Numbered from the stretch's first letter, positions 31,532 through 44,791 are shown. The stretch: 64,000 nucleotides of DNA from Octopus vulgaris (GCA_951406725.2 OX597814.1:18972001-19036000), one strand, 5' to 3'. The notes: generated from the sequence alone by a model not told the origin. A program made the numbers and translations.

Positions 31532-31740
31532 ATGTGTGTCTGTGTTTGTCCCCCTAGCATTGCCTGACAACCGATGCTGGTGTGTTTACGTCCCCGTTAC
31601 TTAGCGGTTCGGCAAAAGAGACCGATAGAATAAGTACTGGGCTTACAAAGAATAAGTCCCGGGATCGATTTGCTCGACTAAAGGCGGTGCTCCAGCATGG
31701 CCGCAGTCAAATGACTGAAACAAGTAAAAGAGAAAAAGAG
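31319..31740 (+). mobile_element. SINE family A, full length
   Basis: GGCGCAGGAGTGGCTGTGTGGT head through CAGTCAAATGACTGAAAC tail. Confidence 0.92.
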
Positions 31741-32073
31741 TATACAAATATATAATACTGTGTGTGTGTGTCTATGAAGGACTAGTGGATAGGGCATTGC
31801 ATTGACAATCGTTAGAGCGTGAGTTCGATTCCCGCACAGAGCGGCGTGTTTGTGTTCATGAATAAAACACTTGATTTCACGTTGCTCTGCGGTTGGAAGC
31901 CTGGCACACCCGTTAAGGCATCGGCAGAAATGCTTTACAGTATATCTTCCAGCTCCCCACATTCTGAGTTCAACTCCAGTATTCATCCCCGTAGCCAAAG
32001 TGCCACTAAGCTACTTTACGGCGGCAGGGACGATACAGGCTCTCCCAGGTTGTATAGAATGTATTGGAGCCGT

Positions 32074-32113
<40 letters not shown>

Positions 32114-32119
32114 TTGTAT

Positions 32120-32563
32120 ACTGGCATGGTTCATGGTCTCAAAAATTTGTCCTATGAAGAAAGGCTGAGGACGCTCGACCTTTATTCTCTTGAAAAACGC
32201 CGCCGCCGTGGTGATCTCATTTTCGCCCACAACATCATAAGCGGAAAGTGTAACCTCTCGAAAGAGCTGTTCTTCACTCCTGCTCCAGAGCGTCGGCTGC
32301 GGGGTCATTCCGAAAAGCTCTACCTGCGACGATTTCATCTCAATCGAATGAGAGGAGCTTTCTCCGTCCGGGTTGCGGATCCGTGGAACAAGCTGCCAGA
32401 CGAGATGGTGAAGATACCGACGACCGCTTTGTTCAAAGCCTCCCTTGACCTCAAGTGGCCTGAACTCTTTACATGAACACCACCCTGTACTTAACTCCAT
32501 GTTCCCCTACATGGCCTTGCTATTTGCTTTTGAGACAAATTAACTAACTAACTAACTAACTAA
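32120..32563 (+). mobile_element. CR1/L2-group LINE 3' fragment
   Basis: LSYEERLRTLDLYSLEKRRRRGDLI, LRGH..KL, FSVRVADPWNKLP, FKASLD; (TAAC)n tail. Confidence 0.93.
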
Positions 32564-32714
32564 TGTGACAGTCCCATTAACGGAATCACATCACTGCTAT
32601 TTAGCCCTAGGAAGCATCAACGCTTCCTGTCGGCCTTGACACATTTCCTGTGCCTTTGTGTTTACAAGGGGGAAACAAGCACCTCCACCAAGCTAAGCCT
32701 GCATCCATATATAT

Positions 32715-32925
32715 ATATAAAGTTAATCCAAACAAGAAAGCACAAAAAAACACAACAACGCGAGGACGTGGAACAAATATAGTATTATTGGACGCTCAGG
32801 AAAGAAGCAAAGAAGGAGGGCTTAACGTTTCGAGCGGAGCTCTTCGTCGGAAACATAGGAGAAGGAAAGATCCAGTGAAGGGAAGAGAGAGGAAAAAATC
32901 GCCAACGGTACATACGAGGTCACAT
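32715..32925 (-). mobile_element. PLE pLTR fragment with hammerhead-like motif at 32820-32854
   Basis: GTTT-CCGACGAA-GAGC-TCC-GCTC-GAAAC-GTT-AAGC; same family as 9714. Confidence 0.78.
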
Positions 32926-32934
32926 ATATACATG

Positions 32935-33029
<95 letters not shown>

Positions 33030-33155
33030 CTCTCTCTCTCTCTCTCTCTCTCTGTATATATATGTATACGAGGAGTGCTTTCGTTAACCGTCTTTTTTTT
33101 AACGTACCGGGTTTTCTATATGCGGCCTTAACAGCTTTTTCGCGTTTCTTCCTTT

Positions 33156-33430
33156 ACTCTTTTACTTTTTTCACTCACTTGACCGCGGCCATGCTGGAGC
33201 ACCGTCTTTAGCCGAACAAATCGACACCAAGACTTATTCTTTGTAACCCTAATATTTATTCTATTGTTCTCTTTTGTCGAACAACTAGTCTACGGGGACG
33301 TAAACACACCAACATCGGTTGCCAGGCGTTCGTGGAGGGACAAACAGAGACACACAAATACATACATACATACATACATACATACAAACATACATACATA
33401 CAAACATACACACACACACACACACACACG

Positions 33431-33480
<50 letters not shown>

Positions 33481-33630
33481 ACGGGATTGTTACAATTTCG
33501 GTCTATCAAATCCATTCACAAAGCTTTGGTCGGCCAGAGGCTATAGTAGAAACACTTGCCCAAGGTACCACGCAGTGGCACTGAACCCGGAACTATATGG
33601 TTTAGAAGCAAGCTTCTTACCACACAGCCA
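33156..33630 (-). mobile_element. SINE family A, diverged
   Basis: Colinear with other copies. Confidence 0.85.
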
Positions 33631-33697
33631 ATCATTCAAAGTTTTTTTTATTCGTTATGATATGTGGTTTGTGCCTGATAATCATGTTTGAGATATT

Positions 33698-34110
33698 ACT
33701 CTTTACTCTCTTTTACTTGTTTCAGTCATTTGACTGCGGCCATGCTGGAGCACCGCCTTTAGTCGAGCAAATCGACCCCGAGACTTATTCTTTGTAAGCC
33801 CAGTACTTATTCTATCGGTCTCTTTTGCCGAACCGCTAAGTGACGGGGACGTAAACACACCAGCATCGGCTGTCAAGCAATGCTAGGGGGACAAACACAG
33901 ACACACAAACATATACACACACACTTATATATATGTATATACATATATACGACGGGCTTCTTTCAGTTTCCGTCTACCAAATCCACTCACAAGGCATTGG
34001 TCAGCCCGGGGCTATAGCAGAAGACACTTGCCCAAAATGCCACGCAGTGGGACTGAACCCGGAACCATGTGGTTGGTTAGCAAGCTACTTACCACACAGC
34101 CACTCCTGCG
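33698..34110 (-). mobile_element. SINE family A, full length
   Basis: Near-perfect reverse complement of 31319-31740. Confidence 0.92.
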
Positions 34111-34137
34111 CGATCTTTCTTTTAGAGATCGGCACAT

Positions 34138-34179
<42 letters not shown>

Positions 34180-34544
34180 CGTGTGTGTGTGTGTGTGTCA
34201 ATGATGAATTTCGGAGGACAAAAATAGAGAGATCAAAAATGAAAATAAATATTAAAAATAAAAGAAATATGGCTATAATTCCGTAACTATGCTATGACGT
34301 TTTCCTTCAGGAGTGTGCATATTTTCCCTTTACTTCCGGGGGATTGGTTGGGCATCAATTCTCCCAATTCCTTCGTTCGACTGATAGAATAGGATTTCTA
34401 AACGGTCTTTAGCTACACATTATATTTCCAAATATATGTATACATACACTTACACACAGGCACTCACACGCGCATATATGTATGTTTTATATAATACATA
34501 CATACATGTATATATAAGCATGCATAAATACATACATACGTATA

Positions 34545-34611
<67 letters not shown>

Positions 34612-34787
34612 CCTCTTTTGTTTGTTACTCTCATTTGACTGCGGCCATGCTGGAGCACCACCTTTAGTCGAGCAAATCGAGATTGGATTATACGTTGGAA
34701 GCCATGATTGATTCGCGAAGAGGGAAATTCCAAAGAGATATGTTAATATTTCTAGTTCACTTAGTTTTCTTCTTCTTCTTCTTCTTC

Positions 34788-34900
<113 letters not shown>

Positions 34901-34995
34901 TATTCCTCAATTTTGTTCTTTATTTAGTAATGAAAAAATGTTATTGTCATATTTTTTGTATATGATGTAAATATCAAAATAGTTTTATATAATCC

Positions 34996-35085
34996 AGACC
35001 TGAAGATTGGCAATATAGTCGGATTGATACGGTATTGAATTTCAGCAATACCGATAGATATATTGTCATGAAACATGCGTTGTCT
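34996..35085 (+). ncRNA. Type I hammerhead ribozyme with extended stem II
   Basis: AGAC-CTGAAGA-T-TGGCAATATA-[CGGTATTG..CAATACCG hairpin]-TATATTGTCA-T-GAAAC-ATGC-GTT-GTCT. Confidence 0.85.
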
Positions 35086-35208
35086 AAATAATTTAATATA
35101 TGATTAAGAATAGTAATTCTAGATATTAATTTTGATAAAAGTTAATCATATATATCTCTATCATAGATAATGTCGTTGATTTGCTTGAAGGCGGTTCTGT
35201 CTCTTAAA

Positions 35209-35293
<85 letters not shown>

Positions 35294-35394
35294 GTGTCTC
35301 TGTTTCTGTGGTAAGAAGCTTGCTTCCCAACCAGATTAGCTAATTGGAAAATCTCTTTAGGGGGTGAAAGTAGTAACTATACTGAAAAGTAATG

Positions 35395-35845
35395 GTTATT
35401 CCTCCAGCCGGTTACTCTTCCAGCAAGTTATTCCTCCAGCCGGTTACTCTTCCAGCAAGTTATTCCTCCAGCCGGTTATTCTTCCAGCAAGTTATTCCTC
35501 CAGCCGGTTACTCTTCCAGCAAGTTATTCCTCCAGCCGGTTACTCTTCCAGCAAGTTATTCCTCCAGCCGGTTACTCTTCCAGCAAGTTATTCCTCCAGC
35601 CGGTTACTCTTCCAGCAATTATTCCTCCAGCCGGTTACTCTTCCAGCAAGTTATTCCTCCAGCCGGTTACTCTTCCAGCAAGTTATTCCTCCAGCCGGTT
35701 ACTCTTCCAGCAAGTTTTTCCTCCAGCCGGTTATTCTTCCAGCAAGTTATTCCTCCAGCCGGTTACTCTTCCAGCAAGTTATTCCTCCAGCCGGTTATTC
35801 TTCCAGCAAGTTATTCTTCCAGATTATTATTCCTCCAGCTGGCTA
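35395..35845. repeat. Minisatellite, 32-bp unit of two diverged 16-mers, about 14 units
   Basis: (GTTATTCCTCCAGCCG GTTACTCTTCCAGCAA)n. Confidence 0.95.
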
Positions 35846-36993
35846 TTATATGTAGTCTTTACTTTATATATATATATCTTTACTTAGGGTAATCATTTGA
35901 ATTACTTGAGTTTGTATGGGTCCCGAGCAGATGTATCGACATCTTTAATTCTTTTTTCAGGAATTCTAAGTATTTCATGGAAACGACCAGCAGTACAGTC
36001 GATATGTTGGAAAATGATGTCGTATGGAGACAGCATTGCATCCTATCGCTGTTTCTGTTCGGATAGTGATTGATTGAATTTTGGGGAAATTGATGGAATA
36101 ACGTGGGAAGCGGGGTACAGTGACATATTTGGATTTCGCTGACAACTTGTAGTTACTAAGCCCCGTGTGATGAGCTTAGTAACTACAAGGAATCTGGAAA
36201 ATTTTTGCATAAAATACATTCTCATATGTAGTTCCATGTCTTTATCCTCTGAGTTCATTTCCAACCGGGTTCAACTTTCATTTTATCCTACCTAGGTTCT
36301 TCGAATTAAATTTCAGTCCTTGGTACTATTCCGTAAATATGTTCTTCAGAATAGAAAGAACAGTGGACATGACTCTGCAAGCATTACCAAACTGGCAAAA
36401 CAAATGGAAATGTTACTTGAAGAATTTGTAGTTCGAAATCTGTTAAAACTGGGGAATGGATATAAAGTTATCTGGAGAGGATCTGAGGCGCAATAATTAG
36501 CGACGAGGAAAGGAGGAGTCTCGAAAATCACTTGAAATTGATTTTAATGGGGGGGAGGGACATAGTTGTGGCATTAGTAAAAGTAGCAAAGAGTAGAGGA
36601 ATAGAGAAAGCAACACTGAAGTAATGTTTGGAGTAAAGTATCTGAATGTGCAGTTGCGAATCAGCCGGGTAGATTCCATTTCGATATGACAGAGATTGTG
36701 TGTGTGTCTGTGTGTCTGTGTGTATGTGGGGGGGGGGGCGTACGTGCGCGCTAATGTGTGTGTAGCAGTAACACCTGTCCTAATTTTTGTAGGCATTATT
36801 CTAATGCTGACATTACTCTAAATTCAGAGGTTGAAGAAAAATATGTATCTTATTTCTAGCAAGACAGTTATACACATTGAGGTGCTCTCGGTGGATGCGT
36901 AGTGAATTCCTTAATATCATGCAATGCTGTAAATTCTTATATATGCATGTATGTATGTATGTATGTATGTATGTATGTATGTATGTATGTATG

Positions 36994-37036
<43 letters not shown>

Positions 37037-37100
37037 ATATGTATATATATAATATATATATGATATATATTTATATAATATAGAATATATATATATAAAA

Positions 37101-37141
<41 letters not shown>

Positions 37142-37227
37142 CATATATATATATGTATGTGTGTATGGATGCGCATGTGTGTAATAGAGAGGTGGGAGAG
37201 ATAGAGTTTATGGGTGTATTGAATAAA

Positions 37228-37730
37228 TCATGGTTACCAGTCCCGTTTGTAAAACATTTTCGAGGCATTTATCAATGGTGGCAATGAAAGGCAGGTGTGA
37301 TATTTCTAGGTTGCGTGTGAATGACACTTGCGTGTGGATGTTTAACCAGGTGTGAAGAATGGTTTCATCTTCATTCGAAAGTAACTTGTTACAAGTAACA
37401 GATAGTAAGTCGTTATTACACAGAATGCCGACTGTAGGTTTTGCTGTTGTCAAATGCAAGAACAATGTTGCTTGCAATGTTCTGAATGACCAAAGACGTT
37501 CACTCCATAAACAGCCCGTCTCTTCCTTAGACCTATGTATTAAGTACAATTCTATCCAAAATATCAATTCTTTTTATAAGAGAATAAGAAATCGAGACTC
37601 GGTTGCTGTTTCTAACAAGTACATTGACTACATAGAAACGACGCTCGTTGATATTTGTGCAGTGGCGAGAGAAGGAGATAGGAGAGCAAGTCATCAAGGC
37701 CTAGTTATAGAAATTCATAGTGTTGGTCAC
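37228..37730 (+). pseudogene. Very decayed LINE RT fragment
   Basis: FEAFING (cf. F.IFIND), FAVVKCK (cf. FN..KCK), DLCI (cf. DLGI) in expected order. Confidence 0.4.
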
Positions 37731-38887
37731 TAATGTGAAAACCTGCATATTTCCTCATGTGTGGATATGTGACACAAGGAATACGAGGACAATTTGGTTG
37801 ATGATTCCATCGAGATTTTAGTCTCCAGCTAGAACATTGATCGTTGTGGGTGAATGAGGTTTCTTTGTGCTAGGAAAGCTCACAAATATAAAGATGGTGG
37901 TAAGGTAATTGTAGCTAGTTGGATTACGAAGATAACAAGTTTAACTGGTAAAATGTTATTTCTACGTGTATGAATGCAATTACATACAATAAATTTTATA
38001 TACACGTATGTATATATGTGTGTGCGTATGTTTATATATTTATGTAACATGTATGTATTCATGCATGTAGGTATGTATGCATACATACACACACATATAT
38101 TTACATATTTCTATGTTTACCTATACCATAACTGTTAATTATAATCGTAAACATTACTGATTAATAAGTATTGTTCTTAAAATACTAATGAAAAATGAAG
38201 TTAAGTAAAATATTAGAAATCCGAAGAGATTGATAAGAACGGAATTATACATTTACAACTTGCTCTAAATGAACTCTTTCAATACACATGGCGGGTCACG
38301 TGTTTGATAATCTTTATTTTCATGCACAAGCACTAAATACATTGTTGATAGTGTCGAAAACATTAATTTTAGAAACAACAACAACATCTAGATTACAGAC
38401 TGATTAATCTGTTGCAAAAATTTAATGAATATAAATTGTCTTGAATATTTGCAGAAAAAACTGAATGATTGAAACGAAAAACAGTGAAAATAAACTCCTC
38501 AAAAGATTGTGATATAATTTATATGATTGTTTTTGCTACATGTTAGACGGAGACATGGTAATATTAGAACAAGGAGTTTAAGGCAACGAGAAGGCAGAAT
38601 CTTTAGTACATAAACCAAATGCTTAGCAGCATTTTGTTCGTCTTTACGCTCAGAGTTCAAATTCAAAGGTCATGATTCCCAAGTGCGGGGTCACATATGC
38701 TTCAACACTAAAGAGAAATACAGGTGCATACAGGTGCATGCACAGACTAACTCTGTCACATACTTACATACGCCGGGAACTATCTTCATTCAAAATTCCT
38801 GTCACTTTGTTCTTGACTTTACGTATATCTGGAGTGTCATATGACTATGTACAGATTCAAAACCTGCTTTGGATGCAGTAGAAGAAA

Positions 38888-38929
38888 TCATCATCATCAC
38901 CGTCATCATCATCAGCATCATCATCACTG

Positions 38930-38970
<41 letters not shown>

Positions 38971-38977
38971 GTCATCA

Positions 38978-39015
<38 letters not shown>

Positions 39016-39100
39016 ATCTTCTTCCTTTTCTTCTTCTTCTTCTTCTTCTTCTTCTTCTTCTTCTTCTTCTTCTTCTTCTTCTTCTTCTTCTTCTTCTTCT
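38888..39100. repeat. Compound trinucleotide microsatellite (ATC/GTC/TTC)
   Basis: Direct reading. Confidence 0.95.
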
Positions 39101-39474
39101 CCCCATCTCCTTCCTTCTCCTTCCTAACTTTATCACTAATGCGTTTTAGTATAACACCTACGCAAATTCTATAAGCAAAACTTTCAGTAGAAATATTTTC
39201 ATGAATTGAACAGCAACTGCTAGCATCCACTGACCATTCAAAATACCACAATCAAGGCACTCCCAAATTCTTCGTCTTCTTCCTTCCCTCCTCCTCCTCC
39301 TCCTTCTTCTTCCCTACCAAGAATTCACAACATCCTCGAAGCCATAAGAGTAAACAAGAGAGACAGAGAAAGGCAGAAACAAGGAAAATGCCACTTATAT
39401 TTGAACACTATACAAATATTCTTTTAAAAAATACTTTTCTTTTAATTTTTCTAAATTTAATTATTTATTTGTTA

Positions 39475-39510
39475 CAGTTGAAAAGGTCTCAATGACTGAA
39501 ACCGGTACTG
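39475..39510 (+). ncRNA. Minimal hammerhead-like motif with U3-A8 core
   Basis: CAG-TTGAAAA-GGTC-TCAAT-GACT-GAAA-CCGG-TA-CTG. Confidence 0.6.
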
Positions 39511-39596
39511 AAATGGTCTTTATGAAATTATTTTAGCATTTTCTATCCTGACTTGTTTTCTCATATATATCAACTCGTGTGTTCCTTTTCATCCTT

Positions 39597-39656
<60 letters not shown>

Positions 39657-40299
39657 GAACATACATACATGTGTGTACATATTTATATATATATATATGG
39701 CGGAGTTGTGTGTTTACAATGTCAATAGTTATGCCGTGAACTGTCTTTGATATTATAAACATATCAGTTCATGCTACCCAACATATGGAGCTCTGCATCA
39801 CATTATATTTCTACATATGACTTTAAATATATTTGCCAATATACGACTTATCTATGCGTGCTGTGTGTGTGTCTGTTTGTCCTTGTATGCGTGTGTTTGT
39901 GTTTGCGAGTGTATGTATAAGTGCATGTATGCATGTTTTATTCTTCTTTGTTTCACGCGCAGGCAAGGATGCAAACGAATACTAGATGCACCGATATACC
40001 TTGTTGCTAGAAGCACTGATATACCTTGTTACGGCAAGAAATCCAGCTGAGTACAAGGACATCCAAAACGCATCATTCACGAAATTGTACTGTAGATGCT
40101 GAAAAGATAGCAGATGCAGTAATCGTCAGAGCTGTAACCCTGAAGCTGAATCAAGAAACATAATATAATATGATTGGAATTTAAAAGAAAAAGCTGATGT
40201 CACTTTGATACCACAACAATTTAACAATTTGTGAACTCTGATGACCAATAGAAGCCAGAACACCAAAGAGCAATTCCTGAATGTCTTACTCTGAACTTA

Positions 40300-40355
40300 G
40301 TGTCTGATGAGATAGACGACTTGTATGTAGACAGCCATGAAACTTTAAGTCATGT
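40300..40355 (+). ncRNA. Decayed hammerhead motif
   Basis: CTGATGA (40304) ... GAAAC-TTTAA-GTC (to 40351); stems I and II weak. Confidence 0.45.
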
Positions 40356-40375
40356 GGGTGTTCAGTAACATCCTA

Positions 40376-40415
<40 letters not shown>

Positions 40416-40418
<3 letters not shown>

Positions 40419-40726
40419 CGCAGGAGTATATTCCAGTCCCACTGCGTGATTGGGCAAGTTTCTTCTACTATAGCCTCGGGCCGACCAAAGCCTTGTAAGT
40501 GGATTTGGTAGACGGAAACTGAAAGAAGCCTGTCGTATATATGTATATATATATGTATGTGTGTGTGTGTGTGTTTGTGTGTGTGTGTTTGTCCCTCTAG
40601 CATTGCTTGACAACCGATGCTGGTGTGTTTACGTCCCCGTAACTTAGCGGTTCGGCAAAAAGAGACCGATAGAATAAGTACTGGGCTTACAAAGAATAAG
40701 TCCCGGGGTCGATTTGCTCGACTAAA

Positions 40727-40727
<1 letters not shown>
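40416..40727 (+). mobile_element. SINE family A with head deletion and truncated tail
   Basis: Colinear with 31319-31682. Confidence 0.88.
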
Positions 40728-40803
<76 letters not shown>

Positions 40804-40860
40804 CGTATATATATATATGTATGTATGTATCTATACATTTATGCGTATATCTATATAAGC

Positions 40861-40919
<59 letters not shown>

Positions 40920-41615
40920 CTTATGTATATGTGTGTGTGTGTGAGTCTGTGTATTTTACATATGAGCGAATATCGCGGGAATATGTATGTGTTTTTATGT
41001 GTAATGAGTACGAGAACAATTCTATTTCGTTCTCTTTATTTTTGTTTTCTGACTAAATACGGTAGTTATGCCATCTGTTTTACACTATGCTTTAAAATTC
41101 TAAGTCAACGAAATCAAATTTCAACACATCTAATTTGCTACTTTTTGTGACGATAAATTCCATCATATTCTTTTTTTTCTTCAATTCTGTTAATTGTTTG
41201 TTTGTTTTTTGTTTTGTTTTTTATTCTATCTGAACTTATGGATATTTTCAATAGACTTTTACAGAACTGATATTTAAGTCGTGATTCAAGGATTTAATTT
41301 AGTTTTCAGTAATAGAATATAATAGAATTGCGAATGTATAGTGTAGGTTTTTATGAGCACTTTCTCATAATGATTGAGTTCACACAATAATTGATTTTGT
41401 ATGAATAAATTCCAAGTTTTTCTAATGCATTAATGTATATGCTTATATGCTTTGAGAGAAGTGGTAAAAAAAAAACTAGAAAATTTGAGATCTTTGTAAT
41501 GAGTAAGTAAAAATATTAAATAAGTACCGTCTATGCATCCTCTTCCTTGAAGCACGATTTCAAATTGAAACATTTAACCCCGTCGAATAATATATAGAGA
41601 TGGCTATATCACATA

Positions 41616-42129
41616 CCGTAAATTCTCGAGTATAATCCGCATTTCTTTCCCAAAATTTAAAGGTCAAAATCCCTAGTGCGTACTATATACGAGGTTAAAA
41701 TTGAAAATTATTTTCTAAACAATGTTCAAGCCTCTATTTGCTGGCCGGCAATGTTTATTCAGACGCATTTTGTGATGTCGGGCGCGAAAATACCTTAAGC
41801 TAAGCCTGAAAGCAATGAAGTCATAAAAGAATCATCCATAACTTGCAGTAAGCAACATTTATTAAATGTTATTACTGTTATTTCTTTATTTTCTTAAAAA
41901 AAATAATGCCCAAAAATGCTGCACGTTTGCATTATGTTATATATACAATAATAATAAATTACGTTACCGCATACATTTTTACAAACCAAGGACGTTATAT
42001 AGACCTCCTTGACTTAAGTTAGAGAAGGGGTGCGTATTATACACAAGGTTTAGGTTTTTCAGAGGTAGAGCCCCCTAAAAATCCACTGCGTATTATACTC
42101 AAGGGCGGGCTATGCTCGAGGATTTACGG
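41616..42129. mobile_element. Non-autonomous Tc1/mariner-superfamily (Tc2/pogo-like) MITE, 514 bp
   Basis: TA TSDs; TIRs CCGTAAATTCTCGAGTATAATCCGC / CCGTAAATCCTCGAGCATAGCCCGC; internal TGCGTA(C/T)TATA motifs. Confidence 0.88.
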
Positions 42130-43435
42130 TATATTATCTACCCATCAGGTTGCATGACGAGGGAGAAGCAAATAATGTCCCTACATTAGCGGATAATGGT
42201 TCAATTGTAAAATCGTTGAATAGCCATATATGGGAGTGGAAGATTTCAACGTATAGGTTAAGTTTTGCCAAAGACTATGACTTAGCAGAGTCGTATATTC
42301 TGATCTTTTATCCTGTCGCTCAACTTTTCAGAATCAATAAAAAAAATATCGTTCCAAGTCAATGGACTTTATCTTTGGCGTGGAGAGGGTAAACTTTTAT
42401 GCAAGAGCAACTGCCAGTCGTCTTCAAATATCTTACTCAGGCATGCAGAACTTGTTAAGAGACGGAGGTCTTATATACACACCTAAGTTTGGTTCGAAAC
42501 AGAAAATAGCCAAATACATTGAGTAGAGATCAACCTACCGAGGGGACAGCGTTTACATCCAGTCATATACATTTCGCGATTTTAAGTTGAGACTTTAACA
42601 AGGATACTTGACTTGCAACTGTCCCACGCTATGTAAATATATATGCCGCATAGTAGGTATAAATGAGTACATCTGACAATGCTAGAAAAGGTGATTTTAT
42701 GTGTGATTAGCAAGCTTATAGGACCGAATTCAATATTCTCATTTGCAAAAGTGATACTAAGTCAGTAAACCAAGTAAAAAGACTCATTTGAACTCTGTGG
42801 CGGCATCCTCTACGGTTTCAAACATTAATATTCATGATAACAGTGAAGTAAAGCAAGTGATTGATAGATCGACAAATTATGCGCTCGTTTACAAACTTCA
42901 GTCACTTCTCACAGACACATAGATTTATCTCATTGCGTCTACCATTACCAATAAAGCGACAACAATTTTCTACATTAGATATATATTTATATATATGTAA
43001 CTGAGGCCCATATATTCCACTCATACAACTTATTTCATCTTTGTGTCATTCTATCTTATATTTCAGACGAAATCATTAAATGTTTTGTCTAGTCGGTAGC
43101 TAAATTTTAAGTAGCCACAGATATATGCAGATTTTTTAAAATGGGAAATTCTGACAATGTTTGAACATCTTGATCTTAATATATTCATAATTATCCTAAT
43201 TTTGTTACATACAAAATAATGTAAGAAATAAGTTTTTATATATTTTTCTAAACGATGAAACTTTATAACACTTCCCTTTAAATTTCCACGTTTTTATGTT
43301 ATCTTCAGTGCTTTATCATGTCAGCGAAAGATTGAAAATTACTGACTTGGTTCGTCCTTTTCTCTGATATTCCATTTCTTGTGTCAGGCTTCTTGTGGAA
43401 TTTTACATACAAAGGCGCAGGAGTGGTTGTGTGGT

Positions 43436-43944
43436 AAGTTGAACCAAACTCAACATACTGGAACGCTTACAAATGTCTTGAACAATGGAACTGCCTCCTA
43501 ATGTATTTAATAAAATACGCCACCCAAGCAGGAGAAATGTTACTGTTTATCTTCTTAACAAATTTATAAGCACAAACTATATCAATCAAAGTGATTGTGA
43601 AAAGTGTGTCAGAGATTTAGATACTGTTTTGCCAATTTTGCTGTTAAAAAAAAGTAAGGCAGAATATATTTGTCAAGAAAATATATTCAATCGATTAAAC
43701 TGAAGTCATTACTAGTTTTTCCACTCACCAGCGTGACGAAAAGTAAACTCAAACAAAAATGTCCGGACTTTTAAAAAAGACTAAAAAGACTAAAGACGAA
43801 TATTTTAAGTTGAACCAAACTCAACATACTGGAACGCTTACAAATGTCTTGAACAATGGAACTGCCTCCTAATGAAGTCATTACTAGTTTTTCCACTCAC
43901 TAGCGTGACGAAAAGTAAACTCAAACAAAAATGTCCGAACTTTT
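43436..43944. repeat. Local tandem duplication; second copy lacks ~198 bp
   Basis: 43436-43772 versus 43807-43944. Confidence 0.9.
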
Positions 43945-44376
43945 ACCGTAAGAATTCGAAGTCAGATAAAGTTACGGCTTTAGTTCGTAGCCCTGTGATA
44001 TGAATCTACTCGTTGCCCTATGGAGCTGTTGACAGAAATACGTTGGTCGCACTGGGGAAAGCATGTACAAATTAAACATTCATTTCGCTTAGTACAGTCA
44101 AGAGATGAAAGCACAGGTGCTCTGAATATATATGTGAGTGTGTATGTGTGTGTACGTGCGTGTATACGTATGCATATGTGTGTGCACGCACGCCTGTTTT
44201 TGATGTGTATGTATGTGTGGGTGTATGTGTGTTTGTGTCTGTGTCTGTGTGACTGTGTAGTCAAATTTATCAATCAATCAGGATCTGTTTTATCTTAGAA
44301 AAAAAATAAAGCACCTCCATGGTATTGAGTACAAAAGTGCCGTGCGGCTGATGCTTTCGGTTCTGTTATAACTGAC

Positions 44377-44480
44377 CTCACCTCCGCCATCTTCGACGAC
44401 CAAACGATAAACAATAAAGATATCTAACGAATTGAAGTTGAACGTAAACATTTGACAACGAATAGACTTATGGCTAACCC
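44377..44480 (-). promoter_or_regulatory. Candidate gene 5' end: AAGATGGCGG start context followed by splice donors
   Basis: Minus strand gtcgaagATGGCGGAG|GTGAG|GTCAGT in unique, relatively CpG-rich sequence. Confidence 0.3.
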
Positions 44481-44623
44481 AGCTGCAGGTGGTCGATGAA
44501 CAATTAAGTTCTACTGAAGAATGGTACTTCTTTTTAGTATATTTGTCTAAGTTTACCGTTGGGTGTCTTTTCTCCCCGACTTTGTTATAAGACACATAAA
44601 TACAATACATACATGTGTATGAG

Positions 44624-44753
<130 letters not shown>

Positions 44754-44754
44754 C

Positions 44755-44785
<31 letters not shown>

Positions 44786-44791
44786 CATATA

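Noticed and set aside
35395-35845. CRISPR-like array
   Set aside because: No unique spacers, eukaryotic context, no cas genes
36350-36525. Possible RTE endonuclease relic (GYKVIWRG..GGV)
   Set aside because: Too short and degenerate to support
40026-40099. Possible minus-strand exon (HLQYNFVNDAFWMSLYSAGFLAVT)
   Set aside because: Weak donor and no recognisable homology
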